From contig CAWBCJ010000018.1 of assembly GCA_963787255.1 (NCBI GenBank), positions 32,001 through 96,000 on the forward strand: a DNA stretch of 64,000 bases. Direction: 5' to 3'. The position numbers were made by a program, and so were the translations under genes. The notes under the pieces are model-generated. The model was not told where the DNA came from. It did not search any database and saw nothing but the letters and a program-made list of their open reading frames with translations. Source of the stretch: Methanobacteriota archaeon (GTDB taxonomy: Archaea > Methanobacteriota > Methanobacteria > Methanobacteriales > Methanobacteriaceae). Shown here one piece after another: positions 51,762 to 62,783 of the stretch. Position 1 is the stretch's first letter, and every line of letters begins with the position of its first letter.

Positions 51762-52445
51762 TTAGCTTTTTACTCGGGTTCTTAATTTGTTAGATAATCT
51801 ATATTTTTCTTCAAGTTTCATGATGGCATCATCAAAGAGAATCATTGACTTTTCCAAAATCAGTTTAACGGAATAATTACAGTTGTGACGCAAGTTGATG
51901 ATATTACGGGCCTTACCTTTTGATTCAATAAGTATTAGAGGGTAACTTCGACAGACTTGCGGTCTTGAATTATATATTCCACATTTATTTGTCTCAGGGT
52001 CAATGTATTTGCATGGTTGAATGTTTTTAAGTTCAAAATGTTCAGGGAAAAGTTTGTTACGTATGATTCCTTTTTTCAGGTTAGGGTTGAAAGTAAGAAG
52101 AGGATTCAATTCGTCTTTATGTATGAATATTGATTCTGATTCTCTGCAGCATCTTCCACAAATAGTGCACCATTCTTGATGTTCCTTGGCAATTTCATAG
52201 TTTGACGGGCCGCCTATTGCATCTAAGCTAAGGATTTCAGCAAGTTCTATTATTTCCTTAAGGTCTCCTTTAGTAACTCCTAATTTTTTGTATTTTTTAA
52301 CAGATCTTTTCTTTTTTAATCTTTTGAAGACAGCTTTCTCCAGGAGTTCAATCTCTTTGGAAGAATTTTCTTCTTTCTCTGATTCTAAAGCTTTTTTTCT
52401 GAGGTTTTTAAACAGTTCTTTGTCTATTAGAGTATCTCTTAACAT
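51762..52445 (-). CDS. YkgJ family cysteine-cluster protein
   Basis: CTICGRCC...PCKYI...CGIYNSRPQVCRSYP. Confidence 0.85.
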   Translation of the reverse strand: MLRDTLIDKELFKNLRKKALESEKEENSSKEIELLEKAVFKRLKKKRSVKKYKKLGVTKGDLKEIIELAEILSLDAIGGPSNYEIAKEHQEWCTICGRCCRESESIFIHKDELNPLLTFNPNLKKGIIRNKLFPEHFELKNIQPCKYIDPETNKCGIYNSRPQVCRSYPLILIESKGKARNIINLRHNCNYSVKLILEKSMILFDDAIMKLEEKYRLSNKLRTRVKS

Positions 52446-52587
52446 TTATAACACTCACTTCGTTGATTTTGTTGCAGCAGTTAGTAAATATTGATTACTT
52501 AGAAAAAATGGTCTTGTAGTGGATAAATTAGTCTTGATGATTTAAATAATTAATTCTAATACTTTATAAATTATGATAATTTAGAAT

Positions 52588-53243
52588 CTAAAGCTTACCC
52601 AAAGCTAACCTTGCAGCTTTTTGCTCTGCTTCTTTTTTACTTCCACCAAGGCATATCCCACGCTTTTCACCATTAATCATTACTGCTATGGTGAATGTTT
52701 TATTATGCGGTTCTCCTTCTTCTTTAATTAACTTATAAGTTATTTCAAGACAGTCCTGATCACATAATTGTTTTATTGATGATTTATAATCATGAAAAAG
52801 ACATCCTGATTCTTGATATGGGGTATGACAGTCTTAGAGAGAAATTCTTTTACAATTTCCAGGTATAAATCCAGATATAAATGCCCACAATAAATGATTC
52901 AAACACGTCGCTGACTATAGAATCAATTTCCCTTCGGCTTAATTCTGCGCCTGCACCTAATTTTATATATTGATCTAATCCTAATTCCATTGAATAAACG
53001 TAAAGTGCTTTTTTGCACACATAATTAGAACGTATACGGGTTAATTGGCCTTCAGTTAGCTGAGAATCATTATTATATGAAAATTCAGATACTACCTGAT
53101 CGAGAACTGCATCACCTTAAAATTCTAATCTCTCATAACATTTATTGATACTATTTTCATTGGAATAAGACTCGTGAAGAAAGGCTAACTCGGATGGGAT
53201 GAGTATTAATGGGTTCAATTGAAAGTTTTTTTAGTATTTGCAC
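52588..53243 (-). pseudogene. rnc: Ribonuclease III pseudogene
   Basis: AFLHESY...YERLEF*GDAVLD (TAA at 53117-53119), [15 protein letters not shown], dsRBD DYKS...GEPHNKTF...GGSKKEAEQKAA; several frameshifts. Confidence 0.88.
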
Positions 53244-53432
53244 ATTATCTAATTGTATTTGGGGTATATATGTTGATAATTCATTAAATAAAATATTTAT
53301 AAGGACCATAAAAACTTTTTTTTAATATTTAAAGATTCATCATCTCTTTTTTAGGTAGCTTTATTTAGGTATATTATTAAATAAAATTAAAATAATAATA
53401 TAAATTTAATCAATTTTATTAACTTATAAAAG

Positions 53433-53954
53433 GTGATAGTTATGACTAGATTTGAAGAACTTTGTGAAAGCTATGCTAATGCGAGGAAAAAATTTTTTAA
53501 TTATGAGCATGAATGCATGGATTTTGGAAGTAAGATGGTAACTGGATTAGCAGAATATTTAGAATGCCCTCCAGAACAGGTTAATTACTACCCGCCGGAT
53601 AAAGAAAGTGATCCCAATGTTACTTATAATATACAGGGAGCTACAATACTTGGAGAAGAAGGATTTTGGCATGTTGGTATTGGTATTGGAATATATGAAG
53701 CTCCAAATGTCCGTCCACAAGAAAACGTAAGAAGTACACTTCTAATTAAAAAAGATAACAGTCACTTTATAGTGAAGTATGGTAAATTATCTAAGGATGA
53801 ATACAGAATATGTGAAGATAAGAAAGAGGATTTTAAAGAGTTCTATGATCATGTTTTTGAAGAAATTAGGGATTTATACGATAAACAGTTGGAAAATATG
53901 AAAAGAGGGGCTGAATTTGCCGAGGATCATGATGATTTAAGGTATATTCAATAA
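53433..53954 (+). CDS. Hypothetical protein
   Basis: 173-aa ORF, AGGTG RBS before ATG 53442. Confidence 0.7.
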   Translation: MIVMTRFEELCESYANARKKFFNYEHECMDFGSKMVTGLAEYLECPPEQVNYYPPDKESDPNVTYNIQGATILGEEGFWHVGIGIGIYEAPNVRPQENVRSTLLIKKDNSHFIVKYGKLSKDEYRICEDKKEDFKEFYDHVFEEIRDLYDKQLENMKRGAEFAEDHDDLRYIQ

Positions 53955-54056
53955 AAATAGACATTAAATTTGATATTTATTATAGATGTGGTTTTAGAAA
54001 TTTAAGATATTTTTAAGGGTTAACTAACCAAAATACAGATCTAGAATTCTCTTATT

Positions 54057-54485
54057 TTATAAAATGTTTAATGCCTTCAAAATTTTATCTATGCCGTGTC
54101 TTGTACTTAGTACCCTACCCAGCATGGTGCCTGCTGTAATACTGAAGATAATAGCCAGTAAAGGAGCGCCTTGCATCCAATATCCCAGAAAATGTGCTCT
54201 GGTGAATACGAAAATCAAATAAAAAACGAGGATAACTGCACCAATCCAATCTATTCGACCAATCACATTGCAAGTTTCTTTGTCCCAACTTAGGCGGTAC
54301 ATGCGGCTGACTATGGTACCTACACCCAAACCAATAAGTATTCCAAATATTGCCAGTGGAATTGTAAACGTGCTTTGTATCACTTCAAATGCTATTACAA
54401 CTAACATGATAAGCAATACAAGTATGTAGATTCTCAGTCGTCTAATAAGGCGTGGATCAAGATATTGTTTTATGGGGAGGTTCAT
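54057..54485 (-). CDS. Four-TM membrane protein
   Basis: Hydrophobic helices; paralogous remnant near 23100. Confidence 0.75.
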   Translation of the reverse strand: MNLPIKQYLDPRLIRRLRIYILVLLIMLVVIAFEVIQSTFTIPLAIFGILIGLGVGTIVSRMYRLSWDKETCNVIGRIDWIGAVILVFYLIFVFTRAHFLGYWMQGAPLLAIIFSITAGTMLGRVLSTRHGIDKILKALNIL

Positions 54486-54556
54486 TTTTTTTATTCATCT
54501 TTATCTTAAAAAAATTTATTATACATTAAGTTAATTCGTGGAATTTTAAGAATAAT

Positions 54557-55546
54557 TTACCCAAACCATTGTTCTAGGCTTTTTTGAGCAGGATTTAATT
54601 TTTTAAGCTTATCTAAAGCTCCAACTACTCGATCTACTGAAAAATCATGTTTCTCGCATAGAAAGTCTATTACTCCATCTGTATCTGGTTTATTCCATTT
54701 TATCTCGTAATCATCAACGAAATCATGGTCTAAAAATATATCTCTAATTTCCTGTGGATTAACATCCATTTCAATTTTTAGGTGCTTTAAAACGCTGTAA
54801 ACATCGCCGTGTTTTTTAATTAAGTTACGGCCTTTTTTAGCCCCAATTCCTTTTATTCCTTCGTTAAAGTCGGTTCCAACAAGAATTGCAACATCAACAA
54901 GCTGTTCACGTGTTAATTCATTTTGCTCTAAAACTTCATTAAGGTAAATTATCTCTAACCTTGATCTGGGTCCTCGAACAGCTATATTTTTAAGCATTCT
55001 CGGCGCACCAAATAAGATACAGTCATAATCCTGCGAAGCAACGCACCATGCATCCCCTTTATGAGCCATATATGATGCTTGAGCTTCTCCTTCAGATTTA
55101 GCTTGAACATAAGGAATTCCCATTAATTCTAGGAGAGCCTTAGACCCTTCAATGATTCCAGTAGACATTCTAGATGATCGAACTGCGAATTTCCGTGCAT
55201 CTTCAATTCTTCCTTCATCAACAGCTTTTTTCCATTGTATTTCAGCTTCATCCCGTATTTCCCGTCTTGCAGCTTGCGTATCTTTTTTTAGAACATGGGG
55301 CTTACCATCAAAAACATAAATAGGTTTTATTCCTTTATCAACAAGTGATGAAGTCCTGTAAAGAATACCGCTGAAGTGAGATGTGACATTTCCTTCATGA
55401 TCCATTAAAGGTGTGCCGTCCATCTGTCTTATGCTTGTTAAAAACTGATAAATTGTATTTGCAGCATCTAATGCCACAACTTTACCTTTTAATTCGCTTA
55501 GTTTTATTTCATGAGAAGATGCAATGTCTCTAAATTTCAATCCCAT
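54557..55546 (-). CDS. fen: Flap endonuclease 1
   Basis: YQFL..IRQ.DG, VFDG, SEGEAQA, SQDYD, GTDFN, PIP box QKSLEQWF. Confidence 0.97.
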   Translation of the reverse strand: MGLKFRDIASSHEIKLSELKGKVVALDAANTIYQFLTSIRQMDGTPLMDHEGNVTSHFSGILYRTSSLVDKGIKPIYVFDGKPHVLKKDTQAARREIRDEAEIQWKKAVDEGRIEDARKFAVRSSRMSTGIIEGSKALLELMGIPYVQAKSEGEAQASYMAHKGDAWCVASQDYDCILFGAPRMLKNIAVRGPRSRLEIIYLNEVLEQNELTREQLVDVAILVGTDFNEGIKGIGAKKGRNLIKKHGDVYSVLKHLKIEMDVNPQEIRDIFLDHDFVDDYEIKWNKPDTDGVIDFLCEKHDFSVDRVVGALDKLKKLNPAQKSLEQWFG

Positions 55547-55595
55547 TCATATCACCTATTGACACAAAAATATAATTTAACTTATAAAAAATAGT

Positions 55596-56135
55596 TTAAT
55601 CCCTAAATAAACTATATGGAAATGTTTCTTTTATCCTGATTAAAACTTCATCTTTATAGATGATGTTGTAACTTCGTGTAAGCATAATTGAATCTGTAGA
55701 GAATATCTTCTTAAGTTCATCATCTGGCTGTTCAGCACCAATATGTGTTACTTCTCTTCTAGACTCAATGTTGTATTTCTTTAAAATCCGGCCGATTGGA
55801 ATATCTGCCTTTAAAAGATCTTCTTTGAAGTCATTGTCAAGTCGTTTAATGGGAGTTAATGATATAGCATGTATAAGTGGTTCTTCTGGATTATGACTCA
55901 TAACAACTGCCCTATAATTGATAGTTTCTCCTTTATCGATGCCTAAATCTCTGGCGGACTCCTCATCAGATTCCCTAAATTCCTGAATAAGTGTATTGAC
56001 ATCTATATGCCCTTTCAAGACGTCAAGTATTGTTGTTACTGATCCATCAGTTGCAAGGAGTATCTTTTGAGCACTGGAAAGATTTCCAATGCTTTCTTCT
56101 AATTCTTTTATTTCTTCCATTACATTTACGTTCAT
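55596..56135 (-). CDS. Chorismate pyruvate-lyase-like protein (DUF98)
   Basis: LLATDGSVT, DIPIGRIL, R.Y.I, IKETF. Confidence 0.8.
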   Translation of the reverse strand: MNVNVMEEIKELEESIGNLSSAQKILLATDGSVTTILDVLKGHIDVNTLIQEFRESDEESARDLGIDKGETINYRAVVMSHNPEEPLIHAISLTPIKRLDNDFKEDLLKADIPIGRILKKYNIESRREVTHIGAEQPDDELKKIFSTDSIMLTRSYNIIYKDEVLIRIKETFPYSLFRD

Positions 56136-56264
56136 AGTGGTCCCTTAGTAGAGTTTTTTAAATATAAATGAACTTAAATGAATTTTTTAATGATTTATAA
56201 AAAATTTTTTTTTAATTAGTTCCCTTTTTCCATAGATGATGATTTTATTTTTGAGTGTTGGATT

Positions 56265-57512
56265 TTATAGCTCTTGAGGATTAGCTATTTCTCCTTTAAT
56301 TGCTGAATAAGCAGCTACCGCTGGATTAGCAAGATATAAATATGATTCTGGATCTCCCATTCTGCCAACAAAATTTCTGTTGGTGGTGGAAATACATACC
56401 TCATCTTTCCCTAAAACTCCCATATGGGCTCCAAGACATGGTCCGCATCCTGGATTGCATACAATACCGCCGGCATTGATAAATGTATCAATAAGTCCTT
56501 CTTTTATGGCATCAGAATATATATTGGCTGATGCTGGAACTACAATCAATCTAACATCTTCATGCACTTTATTTCCTTTTAAAACTTCAGCTCCTATCCT
56601 TAAATCTTCAAGTCGTCCATTAGTGCATGATCCTATAAATGCCTGGTCAATAGATTTGCCTTCAATTGAGGAGATGCCCACTACATTATCCACGTCATGT
56701 GGGCATGATATTTGTGGTTCCATACCGGTAACATCAAAAAAATACTCCTTCTGATAATTCGCGTCTTTATCTGACTTTACAATTTCAAAATCAGTAACTC
56801 TTACGTTTTTCAGGTATTCAAGGGTGTTTTTGTTGGGTTCCATTATTCCATTTTTAGCGCCGAGCTCAATGGCCATGTTACAAATGGTCATTCTCCCTGA
56901 AACGTCCATTGATTCAATTATTCCCCCGTGAAACTCTAAAGTCTTGTAAGTCGCGCCTGAAGATCCTATTTCTCCAGCTATATTTAATATAACATCTTTA
57001 GCTGTTACATATTTATCTAAATTACCATTTACATTTATTTGCAATGCTTCAGGTACCATAAACCAGGTTTTGCCTGTTGCATAAACCATTGCAACATCTG
57101 TTGCACCCATACCTGTTGCAAACGCTCCAAATGCACCATAAGTGCATGTATGTGAATCTGCACCTACTACAACGCTTCCAGGTTTAATATATCCTTTTTC
57201 AGGAAGTACTTGGTGACAAATTCCTTCACCGTGGGCATATATATTTTTTATGCCCTGTTTTCTGGCAAATTTCCTTGTAACTTTTTGAAATTCAGCAGAA
57301 CCTATGTTATTTGCAGGAATATTATGATCAAAAACAATAACGATTTTTTCAGGATCCCAGACTTTATCAGCGATTTTGTTAAAAGTATTTATGGTTGGAG
57401 GTGATGTTCCATCGTGGCTCATAGCTAAATCCACTTCAGCTTCAATGATTTCACCGGGACGTACTTCATTTTTCCCTGAAGCTCTTGAAAGAATTTTTTC
57501 AGTGATATTCAT
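56265..57512 (-). CDS. hacA: Homoaconitase/isopropylmalate isomerase large subunit
   Basis: MNITEKIL, DH, GICHQ, GADSHTCT, IGSCTNGR, CGPCLG, NRNF; adjacent to aksA. Confidence 0.85.
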   Translation of the reverse strand: MNITEKILSRASGKNEVRPGEIIEAEVDLAMSHDGTSPPTINTFNKIADKVWDPEKIVIVFDHNIPANNIGSAEFQKVTRKFARKQGIKNIYAHGEGICHQVLPEKGYIKPGSVVVGADSHTCTYGAFGAFATGMGATDVAMVYATGKTWFMVPEALQINVNGNLDKYVTAKDVILNIAGEIGSSGATYKTLEFHGGIIESMDVSGRMTICNMAIELGAKNGIMEPNKNTLEYLKNVRVTDFEIVKSDKDANYQKEYFFDVTGMEPQISCPHDVDNVVGISSIEGKSIDQAFIGSCTNGRLEDLRIGAEVLKGNKVHEDVRLIVVPASANIYSDAIKEGLIDTFINAGGIVCNPGCGPCLGAHMGVLGKDEVCISTTNRNFVGRMGDPESYLYLANPAVAAYSAIKGEIANPQEL

Positions 57513-57558
57513 GTAAATCAAACCTCTAAATATATATTCAAAAAAATAATTGGTTATA

Positions 57559-58734
57559 TTATAAATCTGCAAGACCACGTACAGATCTTACAATTTGGTT
57601 AAAGAGTTCATCGTTTATGTATTTGCCTTTTTCTCTACTCATCTTTATTTGTTCGACAATCTTACATAATTCATCTTTGGAAACTTCAATTCCACATCCT
57701 TCAAGCTTTGCTCTAACTGCTCTGCAGCCTGAATGCTTTCCAAGAACAATTCGCCTGCTGTGACCAATCATTTCTGGTAAAAATGGTTCATAGGTGAGAG
57801 GTTCTTCAATAACCGCATCTACATGGATTCCTGATTCGTGTCGGAATACATTTCTTCCTACAATTGGTTTATTTTCAGGTACTTTAACATTTGTAAGCTC
57901 TTCAACGAGTTTTGAAAGCTCACAGAATTTTTTAATATTAAAATCTAAATCTAATCCATAAACTAAAGTTAATGCCATTACCAATTCTTCAAGGGCGGCA
58001 TTACCTGCTCTTTCGCCTATTCCATTTACAGTAGTTGATACTGCAGTGGCACCGGCAGCAAGACCTGCAATGGAGTTTGCAATTGCCATACCGAAGTCAT
58101 TGTGGCAGTGCATAGCTATTCCTGTTTTAATATCTTTTCTTAACTCCCTTACAAGGTAATCTGTACCTTGAGGACTTATTGCACCAACTGTATCAGCTAT
58201 ATGTACCCGATCTACTCCATATTCTTCGGCTCTTTTATAGATCTTTTTTAGAAAACCTAAATCAGTTCTTGTGGCGTCTTCAGCTGAAAAAGCCACGAAA
58301 ATACCGTGATCTTTAGCATGCTCAATTGATTTCATGCATATATTTAAGGCCTGCTCTTGGGTCATTTTTAGTTTATGTTTTAGGTGGAGATCAGAGGTTG
58401 CCATGAATGTTATTATCCCATCTACATCGCAATCTATGGCAGTATCGATATCTTCTTTCTTAGTCCTTGATAAAACAATTATATCTGCGTCTAAATCCTC
58501 ATTTACAATTGCTTTAATTGATCTTTTTTCTTCACTGGAAACTATAGGGAAACCCGCTTCTATTTGGTCTATTCCAAGCTCGTCAAGTTTTCTCGCGATT
58601 TTTAACTTTTCAGGTGTCCTCAAACATACTCCTGGAGTTTGTTCTCCATCTCTCATTGTTGTATCATATATTGTAATATTGTCTGGAAATTTTACATCTG
58701 CGGCTTTATTGAAAGGACTAACGAAATACTCCAA
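57559..58734 (-). CDS. aksA: Homocitrate synthase family protein (coenzyme B pathway)
   Basis: DTTMRDGEQ, HCHNDFG, GIGERAGNA, HESGIH; no LeuA regulatory domain. Confidence 0.85.
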   Translation of the reverse strand: MEYFVSPFNKAADVKFPDNITIYDTTMRDGEQTPGVCLRTPEKLKIARKLDELGIDQIEAGFPIVSSEEKRSIKAIVNEDLDADIIVLSRTKKEDIDTAIDCDVDGIITFMATSDLHLKHKLKMTQEQALNICMKSIEHAKDHGIFVAFSAEDATRTDLGFLKKIYKRAEEYGVDRVHIADTVGAISPQGTDYLVRELRKDIKTGIAMHCHNDFGMAIANSIAGLAAGATAVSTTVNGIGERAGNAALEELVMALTLVYGLDLDFNIKKFCELSKLVEELTNVKVPENKPIVGRNVFRHESGIHVDAVIEEPLTYEPFLPEMIGHSRRIVLGKHSGCRAVRAKLEGCGIEVSKDELCKIVEQIKMSREKGKYINDELFNQIVRSVRGLADL

Positions 58735-59142
58735 TATTATTCCCACCTTTAGCTTATTAAATTTAAAATAATGCTCTTTTCAGTTTAAGACACAATTTCT
58801 AAATCATTAAAATTGTTAGGTTTTTTATATACTATGTACTTTTTGTTTTTAATTATATAACTATTGTATTATGCACATTTTTTTGATGATTAATTGTCTT
58901 TTTTGAGTTTATTATATTTAAGCAGCACTAGGAAGCCGAGTTCCATCTACAAAATATCATTGAAGGCTATATTTTATAAAATTATAAAAAAGTCACAACT
59001 TTGATAGAAATTTATAATGAATTCATACTTCTAAATTTTAAAAATAAATTAAACTATAGTTTTTAATTGATTAAGTCTATTAAATTAAAAATTTAGCGAA
59101 AAATAAGTATATGAAAAGATGAAATCATTAAAATTAGGATTT

Positions 59143-59700
59143 TTAACCTTTATAAATACCCATTAATTCCAAATAAGACTTTCGTTCAAATCCACTATCG
59201 ATTCCCAATTTTTTATATATTTTAAATATTTCATCAAGTGCATCTTTAAAATCTTCGCCTTCTTCCACGTCTTTTTCTATTTCTACAAATTTTCCAACTT
59301 TAAGCACGTTGTCCAGGGTTATTATGTATTCTTTGAATAAATAAGTAGTTCTTTCCTTTTCAACATCTGCAGCTGGCTTAAATCCAAGATTTTCTAAAAT
59401 AGAACTCATTATTTCAGCATTTTCAATGCCAACTTCCAGTTCTTTACGTGTTTTGCTCACTTCATCCATTTTAGCGCCTTTATAGGTAACAAATATCCTG
59501 GATTTTTCTTTGTTTATGGTAGTATTTCGTATTCTTAAAGCTTCATCAGTTTTTTCAAAATCTCTAAATGAAGGATTGTTGAAATAAGTATCTATCTGGT
59601 GTTCTGTTTTGTTTTTTTCTGCACCAATTTGCTTTAATTTAGATTCAACATCACTGAAACTGTTAACATGAGCTTTAACTTCCACTTCTATCATTTTCAT
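59143..59700 (-). CDS. cyaB: Class IV adenylate cyclase / CYTH protein
   Basis: EVEVK, DTYF, ALRIR, KSYLEL. Confidence 0.85.
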   Translation of the reverse strand: MKMIEVEVKAHVNSFSDVESKLKQIGAEKNKTEHQIDTYFNNPSFRDFEKTDEALRIRNTTINKEKSRIFVTYKGAKMDEVSKTRKELEVGIENAEIMSSILENLGFKPAADVEKERTTYLFKEYIITLDNVLKVGKFVEIEKDVEEGEDFKDALDEIFKIYKKLGIDSGFERKSYLELMGIYKG

Positions 59701-59819
59701 CGCCTGAATATTTTTTTCCTATTTTCTATTTGTATTTATCTATAGCCAATTTATGAATTTTACGATAGATACAAATGAATTATTATCATTGAATAAGAAT
59801 TATTTAGGGTTCATATTCT

Positions 59820-60224
59820 TCATTTTTTGAATAAAGTAGCTACATACTTTTTAGCATTTTTTATTTGTGCTAAATAATCGTCAATCATATATTCAATGGA
59901 CTCATACGGGGCAATTTTAAGGTCCCGCTCATCAATAAACTTCCTTTTCTCTTTAATTTTATTTTTTAAAGATTTTTTATCAGTTCCAGCTTCAAATTTA
60001 GAAGAATCTCCAATATCCCTGATTTTATCCATATAATCTTTCCTAATAACTCGCGTATCCATTCGAATATTATATCGAATATGTTCTAACACCTTTTCAA
60101 TATTTCTAAGTTCTTCAAAAATAATACGGGCGTCCTCTTTACTTTGAGGAAATATTTCTTTGCCTTCAATTTCAAGATCCTGGATCTGATTCTGATAAAC
60201 TTTTGGGCTAATCATGATTTTCAC
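59820..60224 (-). CDS. Hypothetical helical protein, paralog of 44663..45115
   Basis: DTRVIRKDY; PYESIEYMIDDYLAQI. Confidence 0.7.
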   Translation of the reverse strand: MKIMISPKVYQNQIQDLEIEGKEIFPQSKEDARIIFEELRNIEKVLEHIRYNIRMDTRVIRKDYMDKIRDIGDSSKFEAGTDKKSLKNKIKEKRKFIDERDLKIAPYESIEYMIDDYLAQIKNAKKYVATLFKK

Positions 60225-60507
60225 TTGAGTAAAAGTGTGAGTATTTAAGAAACATATATAAATAAATTTTATCTATTATAAATATTGTTGAAAAAGATCT
60301 CTTAAATAATATCTATTAATAACGAGAAACATTAAAATAACAGAAATAACAATATCATTTTAAACTACATTTTTAAATGATTTTTTTCAAAGTGTAAAAA
60401 AGATTTTATCAGAATGACTATCCTAAACTCAATTTACATGGACAATTTTTGATATTCAGCAATTTACATTTAATTCAATGAAAAATGAATAATTTGGAGG
60501 AATATAT

Positions 60508-61053
60508 TTGACAGATGTACCAATAAAAGTTGAAAATATTGTAGCTTCTGCAACTCTTGGAAAGTCAATTGAGCTTCCTAGGGTAGCTCCTGCACTTGAG
60601 GGCGTGGAATATAATCTTGAGCAATTCCCAGGACTTGTATACAAGCTTAAAGAGCCTAAAACAGCTGCACTTATATTTGGATCTGGGAAATTAGTATGCA
60701 CTGGAGCTAAATCCATAGAAGATTCAATAAAAGCTATACACATAGCTGTGGACAAAATGAGGTCCCTTGATACAGAAATACCTAAAGAATTTGAAATTAA
60801 AATACAGAACATAGTTGCTTCCGCAAATCTAGGAAAAACACTAAATCTTGAAGCAGTGGCTCTAGATTTAGAAAACACAGAATATGAACCAGAACAATTC
60901 CCAGGTCTTGTATACAGACTTGAAGATCCTAAAGTGGTACTTTTATTGTTTGGTTCAGGAAAAGTAGTATGTACTGGTGCAAAAAGCTTTGATGATGCCC
61001 AACTTGGCGTTGAAAAAACGAAAGAAAGATTGGGTGAATTGGATTTAATTTAA
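60508..61053 (+). CDS. tbp: TATA-box binding protein
   Basis: Two repeats of NIVAS...EQFPGLVY...FGSGK.VCTGAKS. Confidence 0.98.
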   Translation: MTDVPIKVENIVASATLGKSIELPRVAPALEGVEYNLEQFPGLVYKLKEPKTAALIFGSGKLVCTGAKSIEDSIKAIHIAVDKMRSLDTEIPKEFEIKIQNIVASANLGKTLNLEAVALDLENTEYEPEQFPGLVYRLEDPKVVLLLFGSGKVVCTGAKSFDDAQLGVEKTKERLGELDLI

Positions 61054-61088
61054 ATCCTACAACAATTTGATTTAATATCGGTGATCTT

Positions 61089-62579
61089 TTGATAAAACTT
61101 ATAGCCTTTGATCTTGATAATGTCTTGATAGACGGAGAAGCCATAGACGAAATTGGCAAAATAACAGGAATTCAAAACGAAATAGCAGAAATAACACAAA
61201 AAGCAATGGAAGGAGAACTTGATTTCGAAACTGCCCTTAAAGAAAGAGTAGCTTTACTTAAAGGGACACCAGTGGACGATATTAAAAAAGTTATCTATGA
61301 AGTTCCTCTTATGGAAGGCGCAAAAGAAGCGGTTTCTGAGCTTAAAAAGAGAGGATATAAAATTGCCACAATCAGTGGTAGTTTTGAAGTCATAGCTAAT
61401 CGAATGAAAGATGAATTAGATCTTGATTACACATTCTCTAACAAATTACATGAGGAAGACGGTGTTTTAACTGGAGAAGTTAGCGGACCTCTTGTAAGCG
61501 GTTCTAAAGCAGACGTGTTAAATGAAATAATAAAAACGGAGAACATATCTGCAGAAGAATGTGCAGCAGTTGGCGATGGTGCAAATGACATTTCAATGCT
61601 TGAAACTGTTAAATTAGGAATAGCTTTCAATGCAAAACCTGTTTTAAGGGATATTGCAGACATAGTAATTGAAAAAAGAGATTTAAGAGAACTTTTACCT
61701 TTATTTGAACAAGAAAAAAAAGTAGTAACTGACGAAAAGGACTCCAAATTGGATAAAGCTACCTTTAATGAACTACTTGCACAAAAAAGAGAATATGAAA
61801 AGAAACTCAGCCAACTTACAAAAGAGCGTGATGACTTAAACGAAGAGGCAAGATCCCAAAGACAAATAAGAGACGACTTAAATGCCAGCATAAAGGAAAA
61901 TTTAAGCAAAGCAATTGAATACAGGGACAAAAGGGACAAAACCAACGTAGAAGTTAAAAAATATAAAAAGCTCAGGGACGAAACCAATAACAAATTAAAA
62001 GCAATGGAATGGGAATCTGGAAGAAGAGACATTATTAACATTGAAAAAGAGATAAAAAAAATCGATAAAACCATTGAAACAAATGTACTGGACATAAGAA
62101 AAGAGAATGAACTTATTAAAAAAGTACAAGATCTGTCAAAACAACTCCAGGGAATGCATCAAGATGAAAAAGTTCAAAAAGAAGCACAGGAACTAAAGGA
62201 ATTATCAGAATCTTACCATTCTAAGGTTGTGGAGTTTTCAGACGAGGCTCAAATTACTCATGAAAAAATGCTTGAGTATTTCCAAAAAATAGATGGAATT
62301 CGAACCAAGGCTGATGAAGCACATAACAAGTTCATTGAAATTAAAAATAGTGCTTCCGAAAAGCATGAAGAAGTTAAGGAATCTTTAGGCCAAATACGCA
62401 AAATTAATAAGCGTTTAGATAAAGTAAGGGCTAAAAAACGAAACTTTGATAATGAAGCTACTAGTAAAAAGAATAAGAAGGAAAAAGAGCATGCAATGGA
62501 CATATATCAGAAATTTAAAGACGGTAAAAAGTTAAATACTGATGAACTCTTGCTTCTTCAAAAACATAACGTTATTTAA
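61089..62579 (+). CDS. serB: Phosphoserine phosphatase fused to a long coiled-coil domain
   Basis: FDLDNVL, ISGSF, K, VGDGANDISM HAD motifs; about 280-aa coiled coil. Confidence 0.88.
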   Translation: MIKLIAFDLDNVLIDGEAIDEIGKITGIQNEIAEITQKAMEGELDFETALKERVALLKGTPVDDIKKVIYEVPLMEGAKEAVSELKKRGYKIATISGSFEVIANRMKDELDLDYTFSNKLHEEDGVLTGEVSGPLVSGSKADVLNEIIKTENISAEECAAVGDGANDISMLETVKLGIAFNAKPVLRDIADIVIEKRDLRELLPLFEQEKKVVTDEKDSKLDKATFNELLAQKREYEKKLSQLTKERDDLNEEARSQRQIRDDLNASIKENLSKAIEYRDKRDKTNVEVKKYKKLRDETNNKLKAMEWESGRRDIINIEKEIKKIDKTIETNVLDIRKENELIKKVQDLSKQLQGMHQDEKVQKEAQELKELSESYHSKVVEFSDEAQITHEKMLEYFQKIDGIRTKADEAHNKFIEIKNSASEKHEEVKESLGQIRKINKRLDKVRAKKRNFDNEATSKKNKKEKEHAMDIYQKFKDGKKLNTDELLLLQKHNVI

Positions 62580-62783
62580 TTCACATGAATTAATAACATA
62601 TTTCTTTTTTCAAATTGGTTAAAAATTTTTAAGTAGTATACTGCTACTTTTATGTTCTATTTTTTTTATTCAAAATTAAAATGAGGAAATAATATAAAAA
62701 TAAAGCTTCAATTTTTATCCACCTAAATTAATATAACCTAAATTTCTTTTTTAGTCCACATTGACTTTTAAAATCTTTATTTT

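Noticed and set aside
51498-51785. 95-aa plus-strand ORF
   Set aside because: Runs through the hairpin repeat element and has no protein-like features
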